Shown piece after piece: positions 62,521 through 64,000 of a stretch of 64,000 bases of DNA; position 1 is the first letter of the stretch; every line of letters begins with the position of its first letter. Under the pieces are notes generated by a model, which was given only the letters and a program-made list of their open reading frames with translations, was not told where the DNA came from and ran no database searches. The DNA is from Lama guanicoe (lineage: Eukaryota), in contig MU055657.1 of the NCBI GenBank assembly GCA_013239625.1, forward strand, positions 17,158,969-17,222,968, given 5' to 3'. A program made the translations under genes and the position numbers.

Positions 62521-64000
62521 TTTTATCAACAGTTTGTATCACTTACAGTCTGGAGACAAAACACTTATTAACTGCCCCCATGCTCAAAGGAAAGCAGTGA
62601 TCATAACAAAAGAAAGTTAGAGAAGTTGAAAGTTATATTTTAAAATCTCAGTTTAAATAATTAAAGTTTCATATTAATATATTATGTTTATACTTGAACA
62701 AATGACCCTATCCTCTTTTTCAGACATTGTGATAAATTTACATAAATGTTTTATACTATAGTTAGTCAAGATAAAACAATAACAACAAAAATCAATAAAA
62801 CATACAAACAAAAACCAATAGTTTGGGTTAGTGTTAATAACACATTATGAAAAAACAGAAGCTGATAGTTTAGAAAAAGAATTCTAGAAAATCATTTTTT
62901 ATTTGTTCCCCAAATAGTTAACATGGGCCTTAATTATAGATTCTCAAGTGACAATCTTCCTTCTCCTAAAGAGGTTGAAATAAAAGCCCACTTCATAGCA
63001 CACTCTGTTATGGTATTAAAGATAGTGTGTCTTTTTGTAAATTGGCTTTGATTTTGGGAATCAATCCCATTAATGCATTAATGACTAGGCAGAATTTAAA
63101 ATGTTAATTCAGTGCCAAATGTTCTGACTGTCTTAAATGTAAGCTGGCAAAGTATTATCTTTACATACTGGGAAGAACTTAAAAAATTAAATATGAAGGT
63201 CCTTTGGTAGCTATATAAGAGTTTTTACTCTAAACAAAATCTGAATATTGCTCCCATTTAACAAACTTGCTTTTCAATGGCATCATCAAGGAAAATTATG
63301 TTCTTTTATTTTCATATCATGGAAGTGCCAAATTTTCTGATGTAATAGTCAAGCACATTACATGTGGCCTTATACTATACTAATATCATTATGAACAAAT
63401 AAACCAAGTAAAGAAATAAAGAAACAAGGTAAACTTGAGAAGGAGAAAGGAAAAGAGAAAGGAAAAAAGAAAAGCTCCAATTTCATATTTTCTATGAATT
63501 TTTACATGTCCTTATAAGAGGACAGCTCATTTTAAAGTGCGTCAGAATGATATCATTTTTATTTTGTCTTTAAATAAGATTTTATAGTTGGCGGATTTTT
63601 AGACTATGTTCCAATTTACAGAAAAATATATAAGGAAAACAAATAATAATATATGAGGAAAATATGGCTAAGTTCATATTACATACAAACAAAAAAATTA
63701 ATTAGTCCAAGAATTTTTTTCAGTAATGTGTGCACTTCCCTTATTACACACTTTAATGTGGACATCCTGTAATTCTTGAACTTTTATACACAAAGAATAA
63801 GATATCCCTTTAAATCCTAATATCCTAAATATCCACATTCACATGCTTAGTAATTTGGTATTTAATTATATCATCTTTAGTCATCAGCATAGCAAGCATT
63901 TAAAACAAGAAACCATCTGATGTTTCAAAAAAGGTAGAATTTTAACCCAGTAGTTTTAAAATTTCATTGAATCATGTACTGTAAGTTTCATTTTCCTCCT

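Noticed and set aside
1..64000. The many 60-145-aa ORFs in the track as protein-coding genes
   Set aside because: They are low-complexity F/L/I/S-rich translations of AT-rich or repeat DNA, with no recognisable domains other than L1 ORF1/ORF2 remnants and no consistent exon chain.

Overview
AT-rich mammalian non-coding DNA (large intron or gene desert), most likely from a cetartiodactyl. A short L1-type 3' tail at ~40966 resembles camelid copies as I recall them. I can support no protein-coding gene, RNA gene or CRISPR array. The ORF track is almost all chance ORFs, except for decayed L1 ORF1/ORF2 pieces. The window is a layered record of transposable elements: MIR, L2, HAL1, old L1M, MaLR (MLT1), MLT2, ERV1 solo LTRs with 4-bp TSDs, MER58/MER102/MER53 DNA transposons, and one younger L1 5'UTR+ORF1. 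The most unusual observations are: (1) an inverted L1 ORF2 fragment (14402-14643) with a dense one-directional A>G cluster, like ADAR hyper-editing written back into the genome; (2) a ~260-bp-arm inverted repeat at 4322-5491; (3) two locally templated insertions (95 bp and 38 bp) plus a perfect 45-bp duplication within 10.8-16.3 kb; (4) an L2 nested inside a HAL1. Repeat subfamily names come from memory of consensus sequences and boundaries are approximate; both need RepeatMasker/Dfam confirmation.
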